DNA of 64,000 nucleotides from Bacteroidia bacterium. GTDB taxonomy: Bacteria > Bacteroidota > Bacteroidia > NS11-12g > UBA9320. The notes below the pieces were generated by a model, which was not told where the DNA came from, ran no database searches, and saw only the letters and a program-made list of their open reading frames with translations. A program made the position numbers and the translations under genes. Positions within the stretch are counted from its first letter, which is position 1; each line of letters begins with the position of its first letter. The stretch covers positions 672,001 to 736,000 of the forward strand of contig CBDCFW010000005.1 of NCBI GenBank assembly GCA_965216465.1, written 5' to 3'. Below are positions 28,529 to 38,199 of this stretch, piece after piece.

Positions 28529-28870
28529 ATGAGTAAAAAAAATAAACCAGCACAGTTACGCGTAATCTTCATCTTAAACGCATTAATGATGATTCTACCC
28601 TTTGTCTTTTATTCTGTAATCACCTCAAAAGAAATCACACTTGGTGGCTTAGACCCCATGTGGATGATTTACACTGGTATTGCCTACATTGTTAGTTTTG
28701 CCTTGTTAGTCTATTCAATTTTGAATGCAAAACTGATGCTTTTTAGAGCATTATTTGTGGTTAACATACTTATTGCTATCCCGGCCAAAGCTTGGATTGG
28801 AGTGGGTGTTGCGGTTATTTCAATGGCATTGTCATTTCATAATAAAGTAGTAGGTTACTTTAGTAAGTAG
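28529..28870 (+). CDS. Hypothetical membrane protein
   Basis: Start MSKKNKP at 28529, after TACGTTTG at 28502-28509; 3-4 TM segments. Confidence 0.75.
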   Translation: MSKKNKPAQLRVIFILNALMMILPFVFYSVITSKEITLGGLDPMWMIYTGIAYIVSFALLVYSILNAKLMLFRALFVVNILIAIPAKAWIGVGVAVISMALSFHNKVVGYFSK

Positions 28871-28931
28871 TGATGTAAGAGCTTAGTAATTCTTCCTTGC
28901 ATTACTTATCTGTTTTCGCTAACTTGGCAAG

Positions 28932-29336
28932 ATGAAAAATCTAGCATACCTATCTTTTCTGATAATCTTTATTACTGCCTGTGGTGACAAGACTACTACC
29001 ACACCTGAAGCTGAAAAAGAAACTCCTAAAGGCAATCTAATTGAGTTTGTTGTAGACTCTGAAGTGGCGTGCGAAGTCCACATGATTGTAAATAGACCAG
29101 GCGATTCTGAGTTGTATTATGAAACGGCAGATTCTCCAGGAGATTTTAGAGACAGCACCCATATTGAGCTGCAAGACATGGACGAGATCACGTTAATAGC
29201 AGGTCCTTCTAAGGTGGATGGTAATTATCATATGATAAAAAACTTTATTTACATAGATGGATCAAAAGAGAAGGAAGTTTGGTTAAACTGCAATGGCAAC
29301 TTGAAGAACAATATAACCTTTGTCTACCGCGAGTAA
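28932..29336 (+). CDS. Hypothetical lipoprotein
   Basis: Lipobox ITAC. Confidence 0.75.
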   Translation: MKNLAYLSFLIIFITACGDKTTTTPEAEKETPKGNLIEFVVDSEVACEVHMIVNRPGDSELYYETADSPGDFRDSTHIELQDMDEITLIAGPSKVDGNYHMIKNFIYIDGSKEKEVWLNCNGNLKNNITFVYRE

Positions 29337-29358
29337 GCCATCTTGCAAACCCTTCTCA

Positions 29359-29892
29359 ATGCTTTATCTTTTTATAATACTTTCATTTTTAAGTTGTAAT
29401 GAAAAGAAATCCCACAAAAGCAGCGATGACGTCAAGCAAAGTTCAACAATTAAATGCGACGATTTTGGCTGTGAGGGACAATACAAAGGACCTGAATTTA
29501 TAAACGGAGATGATATAGCCCATCAATTCTCGAACAAGATGTCGGCAAAAGTCGGTGACCAACTTAAAAAGTTATACGCTCAAAAGAAATTTGTAAAAGT
29601 AGACTTCAATAAGCTAACCATGTACACCGAGGGCATGGGCACGGGCAATGTTATTTACAGCTTGAATATTCCATTTGAAGAAGTAAACACAGCTTGTGAA
29701 GCTTTCACGTCATTTGATCATGTCGGAGGTTGGAATCACAGTCCTGCGTTAGAGGCACGTAAAAAGCAATTGAGCAAGGCACTTTTAGCTGGCGATAGCT
29801 TAGACATTAGCTCGCTTAAAACTACACCAGAAGGATTGCAGGAATATTGGATCCAATGGAGACATAAGCAGGTTCAAGCATCTTGTAATTAA
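29359..29892 (+). CDS. Hypothetical lipoprotein
   Basis: Lipobox FLSC; conserved-looking TSFDHVGGW and LQEYWIQW motifs; start uncertain. Confidence 0.7.
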   Translation: MLYLFIILSFLSCNEKKSHKSSDDVKQSSTIKCDDFGCEGQYKGPEFINGDDIAHQFSNKMSAKVGDQLKKLYAQKKFVKVDFNKLTMYTEGMGTGNVIYSLNIPFEEVNTACEAFTSFDHVGGWNHSPALEARKKQLSKALLAGDSLDISSLKTTPEGLQEYWIQWRHKQVQASCN

Positions 29893-29914
29893 GCTTTTAA
29901 CTTTGCCTTGATTT

Positions 29915-30487
29915 ATGAATCATCGTCATTTCAAAATTTATAAACCTACAGGCTACCTCTCGCAATTTGTAAATAATCAGAACAGAAGACGAAATAAAAA
30001 ACTGCTTAGCGAACTGGGTGATTTCCCTGAAGGAACAATGTCTGTTGGTAGGCTAGACGAAAAGTCTGAAGGTCTATTGCTTTTAACTACGGATGGTCGT
30101 CTGAGCAACAAAGTACTCTCTAAGAAAGTTGAAAAGGAATATTGGGTACAGGTAGAAGGAATTGTAAGTCCAACATCCATTTCAAAACTTGAAGCTGGTG
30201 TCGAGATTACCATTAATAAAAAGAAGTACACCACTCTTCCAGCCAAAGCCTATAGCATAAATCCAGCACCTGCAGTTTCTCCTCCTCCACGGGGAGAACG
30301 CGATATTCACAAAGAAACAAGTTGGATTTCAATAACTATTTGCGAAGGAAAGTACAGGCAAGTACGTAGAATGACAGCAGCCCTAGGTCATCCTACCCTT
30401 CGCTTAATTCGGGTACGCGTAGGGAACGAGAAAATTGACGATTTAGTTCCAGGAGAGTTTGTGGAAGTGTCAGATTACAAGCTTTAA
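29915..30487 (+). CDS. rluE: 23S rRNA pseudouridine synthase (RluE-like)
   Basis: KPTGYLSQF, GRLDEKSEGLLLLT, EGKYRQVRRMTAA, PTLRLIR; promoter TAACTTTG at 29898. Confidence 0.8.
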   Translation: MNHRHFKIYKPTGYLSQFVNNQNRRRNKKLLSELGDFPEGTMSVGRLDEKSEGLLLLTTDGRLSNKVLSKKVEKEYWVQVEGIVSPTSISKLEAGVEITINKKKYTTLPAKAYSINPAPAVSPPPRGERDIHKETSWISITICEGKYRQVRRMTAALGHPTLRLIRVRVGNEKIDDLVPGEFVEVSDYKL

Positions 30488-30498
30488 TCTAAATGAAA

Positions 30499-30885
30499 TC
30501 AGCGTACTCTTAAATGGATGAGTACAAAATCTTCGGCCCACGCCGTGCCTGTACCCTCCCATCTCATACTATCACCAATCATCTCTACCTTCCAATAACT
30601 ATCATCTTCTTCACCCGCATCGCTATCTAAAAATAGCACATTCTTTTGGTAGGTATAAGCACCTTCATTTGTCCCAAATGGACGTCCAGAAGTTTGAAAC
30701 CTGCCGTTCTCTTTGAACTCAATCATTCGTTCATTATTTGGATTGTGTTCTGCAGATACATCTTGACCGCTTTGAATTACGTTTGCCATTTTCCAAACAC
30801 CGACTAACTCATTCTTCGGTTGATTACAGGAAAGCAACGAAGAAGTCAACAGTAAACCTGTTATAAGAATAATTGATTTATTCAT
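30499..30885 (-). CDS. Lipocalin-like lipoprotein
   Basis: Lipobox LLSC; ELVGVWK motif. Confidence 0.7.
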   Translation of the reverse strand: MNKSIILITGLLLTSSLLSCNQPKNELVGVWKMANVIQSGQDVSAEHNPNNERMIEFKENGRFQTSGRPFGTNEGAYTYQKNVLFLDSDAGEEDDSYWKVEMIGDSMRWEGTGTAWAEDFVLIHLRVR

Positions 30886-30988
30886 GGTGTAAACCTAAGA
30901 CTTTTATAGCAACAACAACAGACCTTCCTAAAACAGAATTAAGCAGTGCTAAATTCAATGGTAACTTTTGTTAGTTTCGCCCGTCTAA

Positions 30989-31783
30989 ATGAACAAGATG
31001 ACCCGATCAATTATACTCTTCACACTCGTACTTATATTTTCTTGCAAGCCAATGATTAGGGTTACTGACTATGTTGAATTCGACATCTACTCGTATAAAA
31101 AAGATGGCAATGAATATGGTGCCGCGATGCCAAAAATTAAGGATAGTACATTACTTCACCCCTACGAGCGACGGTTTGAATATCTGTTGCTAAATACGCC
31201 CAAGATTCATCAACCTGAAAGCTACGACGAGCGCAAAAAACTCTTCGAACTTTACCCAGACACTGCTGCTCTTGCAGAAGAATATGCTCAAATACTGACA
31301 CAAGACAAAGATTTGAATTCCTACTTTTTTCAGGCTATTCGCCCGCTAATTTATGAGGATGTTGAACCCTCCCTTACCTATTCTGAGTCTGAGGTCATGG
31401 AAGTAGCTTCAAAATTCTTTTACTGTGATAAGGTTAATCCAGACACCTCAATACAGTTTCATATTTGCATTGGTCTTAACGGAGTTCAAGAAGCAAACTG
31501 GGATAAGGACTACCGATTGGTTGAAGCATTTTGTTACGAAGCAATATTTACCGATTTTGATAACGACACCTCTCAACTGATATCTAAGTTTGCAGCTGAA
31601 TTAAACCAAGTTAACAAAGCTTTTAAACCGATGATCACCTCTTTTAACCAACATTTAAATGACGTTAAATTGGAGATGTTTTCAAGAATGAAGAACGAAA
31701 TCGCTCTCAAACTGGTTCTTTCCACATACTTTGCTAATAATCAGGAAAATCTAGCATTTATGGTACCAGATTGGACCGACTAA
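30989..31783 (+). CDS. Hypothetical lipoprotein
   Basis: Lipobox IFSC; HICIGLNG and EAFCYEAI motifs. Confidence 0.7.
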   Translation: MNKMTRSIILFTLVLIFSCKPMIRVTDYVEFDIYSYKKDGNEYGAAMPKIKDSTLLHPYERRFEYLLLNTPKIHQPESYDERKKLFELYPDTAALAEEYAQILTQDKDLNSYFFQAIRPLIYEDVEPSLTYSESEVMEVASKFFYCDKVNPDTSIQFHICIGLNGVQEANWDKDYRLVEAFCYEAIFTDFDNDTSQLISKFAAELNQVNKAFKPMITSFNQHLNDVKLEMFSRMKNEIALKLVLSTYFANNQENLAFMVPDWTD

Positions 31784-31834
31784 CACTCCTCACAACCTCA
31801 CTTTCTCTCAATTTTTTGCTATATTGAGCGAATC

Positions 31835-33964
31835 ATGAAAAAAGTGATAGTACTAACCTTAATGCTCACTGCCCCATGGTTGAGCTTTTCTCAAAATGCT
31901 TTGTGCTTTGATGGATCAGACGACGGTGTAAACTGCGGAACTAACTCCTCTCACAATGTAGGGAATACGTCGTTCTCCCTTGAGGCTTGGATTTATCCAA
32001 AATCGTTCGCAAAAGATGTATTCGAAGGCAGCATAATCATTCAAGAAAATAATTCAAATAATGGAGGCTTCATGCTAAGGGCTGGTGCTACAAATCAACT
32101 GAACTTTGCTATTGGTGAAGGCCAAGGTCAAGATTGGGCCGAGTTAACCACTAGTAATATCTTAGCCTTAGATTCTTGGCAACATGTTGCCGCTACATAC
32201 GATGGCTCTAAAATGAGACTTTACCTTGATGGAGTTCTTGTAGATTCATTATCTGAATCATTTAGCGTTGATGGTCACGGAGCCACGCCCCTTACCATAG
32301 GATATCATCCGAACTATAGTACCCGTTTATGGGATGGTGCTATTGATGAGGTTAGGATTTGGGACAAAACCTTAACTCAAGCCGAAATTCAAAGTAATAT
32401 GAATCGTGAATTTTGCGACACATTAATTGATTTAGTCGCCTACTATAAATTTGACCAAGGAACAGCCGGTGGAACCAATACGAGTATCTCGGCGGCAACC
32501 GATTATTCGTACAATCAAATTAATGCTGCTTTGAATAATTTTGGACTGACCAGCACCTGCTCAAATTTTATTAATGGACCATCATTATCACAAGATACAA
32601 CCACAATAAACTTGTCGAATACAGCTTGTAATCTCTATACAGACCCCAACATAAACCAAACTTTTAATGCAGATACCTTGCTTGATTACCACATGCCAAA
32701 TTCAGATGGCTGTGTGAATCGTATTATTCGAAACGTAACCATTAATTACAGTAGCCTTTCGAATATCACTGTAACAGCCTGCGATAGCTTTGTTTCTCCT
32801 TCTGGCGATGTGTACTTTACTTCAGGCACCTATTACGACAACGTCAAAAATCAGCAGAATTGTGATAGCCTTATTACCATATTTTTAACCATTGCAAACA
32901 GCCCAATAACTGAAGTTAGTTATACCAACTGTGACAGCTTTTACATCCAGAGTATGGATCAGTGGGTTTATAACTCGGGCATTTATACTGACACTTTAAC
33001 GAACCAACTTTCATGTGATAGCATAGTCAATTACGACATTCAAATTAACCGTCCATCATATGCTGACACAACGTTGTTTTTCTGCAAGTTTGTTTTCAAC
33101 CCTACAGGAAGCGAAGTATGGCAGGAAGAAGGCATCTATTATGACACCATAGCGAACCATTTAAACTGCGACAGTATTATTACGTACCATGTAATTTCCA
33201 GTAGAACTTACGACACCATAACAATAAGTTCTTGTGGAGAATATATCAGTCCATTTGGCACAAAAACATGGACATCATCTGGTGTTTATAACGACACCTT
33301 ACCCTTTGGCAACCAATTTGTTTGCGACAGCATTATTCAGGTCAACTTAACTGTAAATGAGCCTGTTACTACACAAGAAGATTTGTCTGCTTGCTTCAGT
33401 ACTATACTTCCCTCAGGCAAACGTGTAACTGAGTCTGGTTTGTACCGCGACACGCTTCAAACTATTCATGCATGTGATAGTATTATTGAATATGACGTAA
33501 CCATCAACACCGTGAATGTAGATGTAAAGGTTGAAGACTTTACGCTAACTGCACTCTCTACCGTGGCTAATGAATTGCAATGGCTAGATTGTGAAAGTAG
33601 TTTTTCAGAGATTTCAGGTGCAACAGCTGACACCTTCCAAAGCGATAATCACGGAAGTTTTGCGGTTGAAGTTACCGAAGATGCATGTGTTGACACATCC
33701 GAGTGTTATGAGATTTATGGGTTGAGTATTTATGAAGCCGAAGGCGATATAAAAATCTATCCTAATCCAAGCTCTGGAAGTGTATTCATAACCGGAATTC
33801 ATCAAAAAACCAGCTTCAGAGTATATAACTCATTAGGGAAACTGATTGATAAGGGCATACTTAATTCACGAGTTGATCTGCCTAAACAAAATGGCATTTA
33901 CTTTTTAGAATTAGTGTCGGGATATGACATAATTCTCAAAGAGCGGATTATTGTACATCGCTAG
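31835..33964 (+). CDS. LamG/ConA-like domain T9SS cargo with Cys-pair repeats
   Basis: ALCFDG, SLEAWI, WQHVAATYDG, GAIDEVRIW; about 6 C...SG.Y.DT....CDSI repeats; IYPNPS CTD. Confidence 0.9.
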   Translation: MKKVIVLTLMLTAPWLSFSQNALCFDGSDDGVNCGTNSSHNVGNTSFSLEAWIYPKSFAKDVFEGSIIIQENNSNNGGFMLRAGATNQLNFAIGEGQGQDWAELTTSNILALDSWQHVAATYDGSKMRLYLDGVLVDSLSESFSVDGHGATPLTIGYHPNYSTRLWDGAIDEVRIWDKTLTQAEIQSNMNREFCDTLIDLVAYYKFDQGTAGGTNTSISAATDYSYNQINAALNNFGLTSTCSNFINGPSLSQDTTTINLSNTACNLYTDPNINQTFNADTLLDYHMPNSDGCVNRIIRNVTINYSSLSNITVTACDSFVSPSGDVYFTSGTYYDNVKNQQNCDSLITIFLTIANSPITEVSYTNCDSFYIQSMDQWVYNSGIYTDTLTNQLSCDSIVNYDIQINRPSYADTTLFFCKFVFNPTGSEVWQEEGIYYDTIANHLNCDSIITYHVISSRTYDTITISSCGEYISPFGTKTWTSSGVYNDTLPFGNQFVCDSIIQVNLTVNEPVTTQEDLSACFSTILPSGKRVTESGLYRDTLQTIHACDSIIEYDVTINTVNVDVKVEDFTLTALSTVANELQWLDCESSFSEISGATADTFQSDNHGSFAVEVTEDACVDTSECYEIYGLSIYEAEGDIKIYPNPSSGSVFITGIHQKTSFRVYNSLGKLIDKGILNSRVDLPKQNGIYFLELVSGYDIILKERIIVHR

Positions 33965-34330
33965 TTAAGCTTGGCGGAGAATTTTCTCCATTTTTCGACC
34001 TCTGGCAAGTTCATCAATCAATTTGTCGAGGTAGCGAACTTCTCGTGTGAGTTGCGTTTTGATTTCCTCAACTCGATAACCACAGATCATACCTTTGATG
34101 AGGTGTGCATTAGGATTCAAGTTGGCTTTTTCAAAGAATGTCTTAAACGTGACTTCGCTTTCAATTAGTTCTTTTAAATCCTTCTCATCGAAACCCGTAA
34201 GCCATTCAATCACTTGGTGAAGTTCATCAACCGTTCTTCCCTTCTTCTCAACTTTTGAAACATACATGGGGTAAATCGAAGCAAAGGTGTATTCAGCTAT
34301 GGTTTTATCGTGTTCAGGCGTTGTCGTCAT
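33965..34330 (-). CDS. DUF2200 family protein
   Basis: FASIYPMY..KVEKKGRT...ICGYRVEEI...RYLDKLIDELA. Confidence 0.9.
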   Translation of the reverse strand: MTTTPEHDKTIAEYTFASIYPMYVSKVEKKGRTVDELHQVIEWLTGFDEKDLKELIESEVTFKTFFEKANLNPNAHLIKGMICGYRVEEIKTQLTREVRYLDKLIDELARGRKMEKILRQA

Positions 34331-34367
34331 TGCGAAAAATTAGCTGTAAAGTTAATAAATTCAAATA

Positions 34368-34432
34368 GGAAGTAATGCCAACTCGCCGGGAATTTTAACC
34401 GAGTATTCGCCTTCAAAGTGGGGTCAACTTTG
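34368..34432 (+). promoter_or_regulatory. AraC box promoter A
   Basis: GGAAGTAATGCCAA...CAACTTTG; 65-nt span matching 35919-35983. Confidence 0.65.
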
Positions 34433-34452
34433 CATTATAAATAATTAAAAAA

Positions 34453-34995
34453 ATGCAAACATTAACACAAATTCAAGTTCCAACAGCGGAACAAGTAGAC
34501 GAAAAAAGTCAAGAAATCTTTGGTCAATTAAGAGGTCAATTGGGTATGGTTCCAAACCTTTATGCGACTCTTGGGTATTCTAGTAATGCACTTAAAAACT
34601 TTTTAGCATTATCAGGAGATGCCGGTAAAGGAAGCTTTTCAAACAAAGAAATTGAAGCGATTAAGCTTGCAGTATCGCAAGAGAACAATTGCGTTTACTG
34701 TAAATCAGCACACACTGCAATTGCTAAAATGAACGGTTTCAGTCATGAAGAGACAGAACATTTAAGAGCATGTACGATTGCTGACGACAAGCTAAGATTT
34801 CTTACCACTTTTGCTAAGCAAGTGGCTCGAAATGCAGGCCATGTGGAAGAAGAGCTGAGAGATCAATTTTTTGCTTACGGGTACAAAGAGAGAGATCTAA
34901 TTGAGTTCATCTCTGTAGTGATTGCAGTTACCTTTACAAACTACACGCACGCACTTACCCAAGTAGATGTAGACTTTCCTCTAGTGAATAATTAA
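34453..34995 (+). CDS. Carboxymuconolactone decarboxylase/AhpD-like peroxidase-related protein
   Basis: GMVPNLY; EAIKLAVSQENNCVYCKSAH (CxxC..H). Confidence 0.9.
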   Translation: MQTLTQIQVPTAEQVDEKSQEIFGQLRGQLGMVPNLYATLGYSSNALKNFLALSGDAGKGSFSNKEIEAIKLAVSQENNCVYCKSAHTAIAKMNGFSHEETEHLRACTIADDKLRFLTTFAKQVARNAGHVEEELRDQFFAYGYKERDLIEFISVVIAVTFTNYTHALTQVDVDFPLVNN

Positions 34996-35032
34996 TTGGT
35001 TTGATTCAAACTTCCATTCGGAAGAAATACAA

Positions 35033-35060
35033 AAGAAGGGGTAAGTTTTTACCCCTTCTT
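35033..35060 (+). terminator. Intrinsic terminator
   Basis: AAGAAGGGGTAA/TTACCCCTTCTT inverted repeat. Confidence 0.75.
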
Positions 35061-35081
35061 CGTATAATAACCAAATAGAAT

Positions 35082-35909
35082 ATGAAATATCACAATAATT
35101 TAGGCGAACACATCGAATTTGCGGAAGTAACAGCGGAGAATTGCTCGTTTTATGAGCATACTGACGCCGAAGTTTACCAACTGTTCTGGTTCACATCTGA
35201 CCATAATGTTCTATTTATTGACGGCGAAGAGTTCATTTACAACAAAAACGATATCATTTTCTTAACCTACTTCAACAAAGTAGAGTTTAAGCAAATAAAT
35301 CAGATGAATTTACTTCGTTTTAATCGCTCATTTTATTGCATCAAAGATCACGACAGTGAGGTAGGCTGTAATGGATTGCTTTTTTTTGGTAGTGCTGAAC
35401 CAGCGCACATAATGCCCAACAAAACAGAACTAGAGGTTCTTGCCTTGGCATGGAAAATGGCAGTTTTGGAGTTTGAAATGCGCGACAATTTGCAGCTTGA
35501 AATGCTTCGTATGATGCTGAAGAGAATACTAATTCTTTGTACGAGAATCTTCAAGACACAAAGTAACCATAACAATCTCAGTGTATCTGAGCATGACTTG
35601 GTACGCAAGTTCAATTATTTGGTTGAAACTCATTTTAAGGAAATGCATAAGGTTTCTAAGTACGCAGATATGCTTCATAAGTCGCCCAAGACAATATCAA
35701 ATTTGTTTAAAAAACTTGGTGTGAAATCACCGCTTGAATTCATTCAAGACAGAATAATGTTAGAAGCAAAAAGAAAGCTTTGGCACACACAACGTGACAT
35801 ATCTGAAATCGCGTATGATCTAGGATTTAGCGACATTCAAGCTTTCAGCCGATTTTACAAGAAAAACAAAGGGGTCTCTCCTACCGAGTGTCGTGCTCAA
35901 AATCAATAA
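35082..35909 (+). CDS. AraC-family regulator (Cys-containing, DHDSEVGCNG type)
   Basis: FYCIKDHDSEVGCNGLLFFG; C-terminal HTH. Confidence 0.9.
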   Translation: MKYHNNLGEHIEFAEVTAENCSFYEHTDAEVYQLFWFTSDHNVLFIDGEEFIYNKNDIIFLTYFNKVEFKQINQMNLLRFNRSFYCIKDHDSEVGCNGLLFFGSAEPAHIMPNKTELEVLALAWKMAVLEFEMRDNLQLEMLRMMLKRILILCTRIFKTQSNHNNLSVSEHDLVRKFNYLVETHFKEMHKVSKYADMLHKSPKTISNLFKKLGVKSPLEFIQDRIMLEAKRKLWHTQRDISEIAYDLGFSDIQAFSRFYKKNKGVSPTECRAQNQ

Positions 35910-35918
35910 TACACCAAG

Positions 35919-35983
35919 GGAAAAATTGCCAAATCAACGTGTAATCTAGCCAACAATTTGGCCTCAAGCTATAGTTAGATTTG
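35919..35983 (+). promoter_or_regulatory. AraC box promoter B
   Basis: GGAAAAATTGCCAA...TAGATTTG; 65-nt span. Confidence 0.65.
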
Positions 35984-36002
35984 AAGTATAAAATAATACA
36001 TC

Positions 36003-36341
36003 ATGAAAGAAATAAACGGACTCAGAGAATTAAAGAAATTTGTAAATCAAGAAAAACCAGTTGTGCTTGACTTCTATGCAAAATGGTGTGGCCCTTGTCA
36101 AGCATTAATTCCTACCCTTGAGCGCGTTGAAGAAGACCATAAAGAGGATGTAGCCTTTGGCAAAGTAAATATTGACCTCAACGGCGACTTGGCTACGCTC
36201 TTTAAGGTAAGAAGCATCCCTTCAGTATTTTATATCGATAAAGGACAAATTAGAAAAAATGAACTAGGCAATCAGAGCGAAGAAGCCATAGTTGCCAATA
36301 TTGAAGATTTGCTTAAAAATCGCGAAACTGCCCCGGTATAA
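36003..36341 (+). CDS. Thioredoxin
   Basis: LDFYAKWCGPC; RSIP. Confidence 0.9.
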   Translation: MKEINGLRELKKFVNQEKPVVLDFYAKWCGPCQALIPTLERVEEDHKEDVAFGKVNIDLNGDLATLFKVRSIPSVFYIDKGQIRKNELGNQSEEAIVANIEDLLKNRETAPV

Positions 36342-36392
36342 ATTAAAGGGTAAAGATTTGGTACATAACAAGCGGGGTTAGTTTCATATTGG

Positions 36393-36422
36393 AAGCCCAG
36401 ACAATAACGGTCTGGGCTTTTT
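36393..36422 (+). terminator. Intrinsic terminator
   Basis: AAGCCCAGAC...GTCTGGGCTT followed by T-run. Confidence 0.8.
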
Positions 36423-36508
36423 AATTGACTGAGTGAAACAATAACTTCATATTGCAGCCATACAATCAAATTAAATTTGGCGTTATATTTTGTAACTTTA
36501 TCCCTTTA

Positions 36509-38141
36509 ATGAGACTCTTCACCTTTAAAAATGCCTTAGTACTTTGCTTACTGGCTTTGATTTCGTGGAGCTTTAAAATTTCACAAAACAAGGTTGACCG
36601 CGATGAGATTATTGGTCAGACCGCACCAGCTGACATGCGCTTTGTTAAAGGAAAAGGAAACATCCCCTCTTTCTACATCGGTGTTTCTGAAGAGCCAAAC
36701 ATAAACTACGTCCTCTATCTTGAATGGCTCGAACGTGTATATGTAGACTATCCAGAGGTCTATGAGAAAGCCAAGCCGCATGTAGCCAATCAAAAAATTG
36801 CCTTTAACGACCCATACCTCGAATACCACATGGAGCACCCTGCTTTCGCGTATTACCCCAGTAACAGGGCTTAGTTGGAATCAAGTCAATCGGTATTTGC
36901 AATGGAAGACCGATCGAGTAAACGAAGACATTCTTATTAGACTAAAAGTCTTAGAAGAAGATGGTGGCCAAATGAATGAAGCTGTCTTCAACACTGAAAC
37001 GTACATCTACGGTCAGGATGATGGAATTATCTATCGCAAACACAGACGTAATCAACTTCATTGGTCAGAAGGCGTGCTCTTTCCTTCGTTCAGATTACCC
37101 AGCGAAGCAGAATGGGAAATGCTTACAGAGGATAATAATGTTAATCAATCTCGTAGTTTTTATCCCTATGGGAAAGACTATTTCAGTTTGCGATGGTTAA
37201 CAATATACAAGAAACAAGACGAAGGCCCATCTTACTACAATTACTCAATCCCCAACTATAAATCTTATTGGAGATCGAATAAGCCTCCTGAAAATCAACA
37301 GAACAGAATTCACGGACCTTGGTCTTCAGAACACCCTATCAATTTGTCAGGAAATGTTAAAGAATGGCTAATCGATTTTTATGGTGATGAGAAAATAACC
37401 CAATGGTCGAGTACCAAAGAAATGCTTAATCGCAATGGATTTAATGCTGAAATCAAGGATGATTCAACTGTTTATGACGAATATGGCATCATTAATCTAA
37501 AAGACTATTTAGGCAACTTCCCCTTTAAGATTGGGGCCACTGAAATGGATGGCTCAGCCATGTGGGTAAAGCCTCCTGTTCCGTTTAGCCCTCTGTCTTA
37601 CAGATATGCGGTTGTAGACTATAATTTGGGTCATGACACCCTTGGCATAATTTACACTTTCGATGAATTCTTCAAAACATTCAATACCAAGATCTACGAT
37701 TACTATTTTGAAAAGAAGCTCCACGGGAATGGGCTAAATCCTAATTTTTTAACTTCTAAGTTTAACCACAGCTCTCATTACTACACCTATTCTAAATTAA
37801 ACCAGGATTCTTTGAGGGCAATCGTAAGGCATTTTGCACTAGAGATGTGGAAGTCGATTCACGATGACAAATCCATTGGCGTTGTAGCTCACAATCATCA
37901 AATGCATGCTTGCTATAAGTCTAAACGAGGTTATTTCATCAGGAAAGGAATGACTCAAGCGGCTCCAAGCTTTCTACCATATAATGATTCCCTACGCTTG
38001 GTGCGCGGCGGAGATTGGAAAAACCCGGATTTTAACGCTCGGATGGCCATGCGTCCTGATAGTGCAGCCAACAATGTAGGTTTTAGATGTGTGCTTCCTT
38101 ACACCTCAATGCCCGTTGAAAAACAATATAAAGTCAAATAA
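36509..38141 (+). pseudogene. Frameshifted GldJ/GldK-like FGE-sulfatase (SUMF1) domain protein
   Basis: Removing one C from CCCC at 36856-36859 restores HPAFAYYPVTGLSW; FRLPSEAEWE, NLSGNVKEW, VRGGDW, VGFRC follow. May be a sequencing error. Confidence 0.8.
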
Positions 38142-38171
38142 ACAAAAGAGCCTCATACTTCCGCATGAGGC
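38142..38171 (-). terminator. Terminator between convergent genes
   Basis: GCCTCAT...ATGAGGC stem; T-rich tail on - strand. Confidence 0.6.
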
Positions 38172-38199
38172 CCCTTATGATTAATCTGAGGTTAGTTTT

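Noticed and set aside
36509-38141. Assigning the symbol gldJ
   Set aside because: No lipobox, divergent sequence and no gliding-gene context; treated as a paralogue
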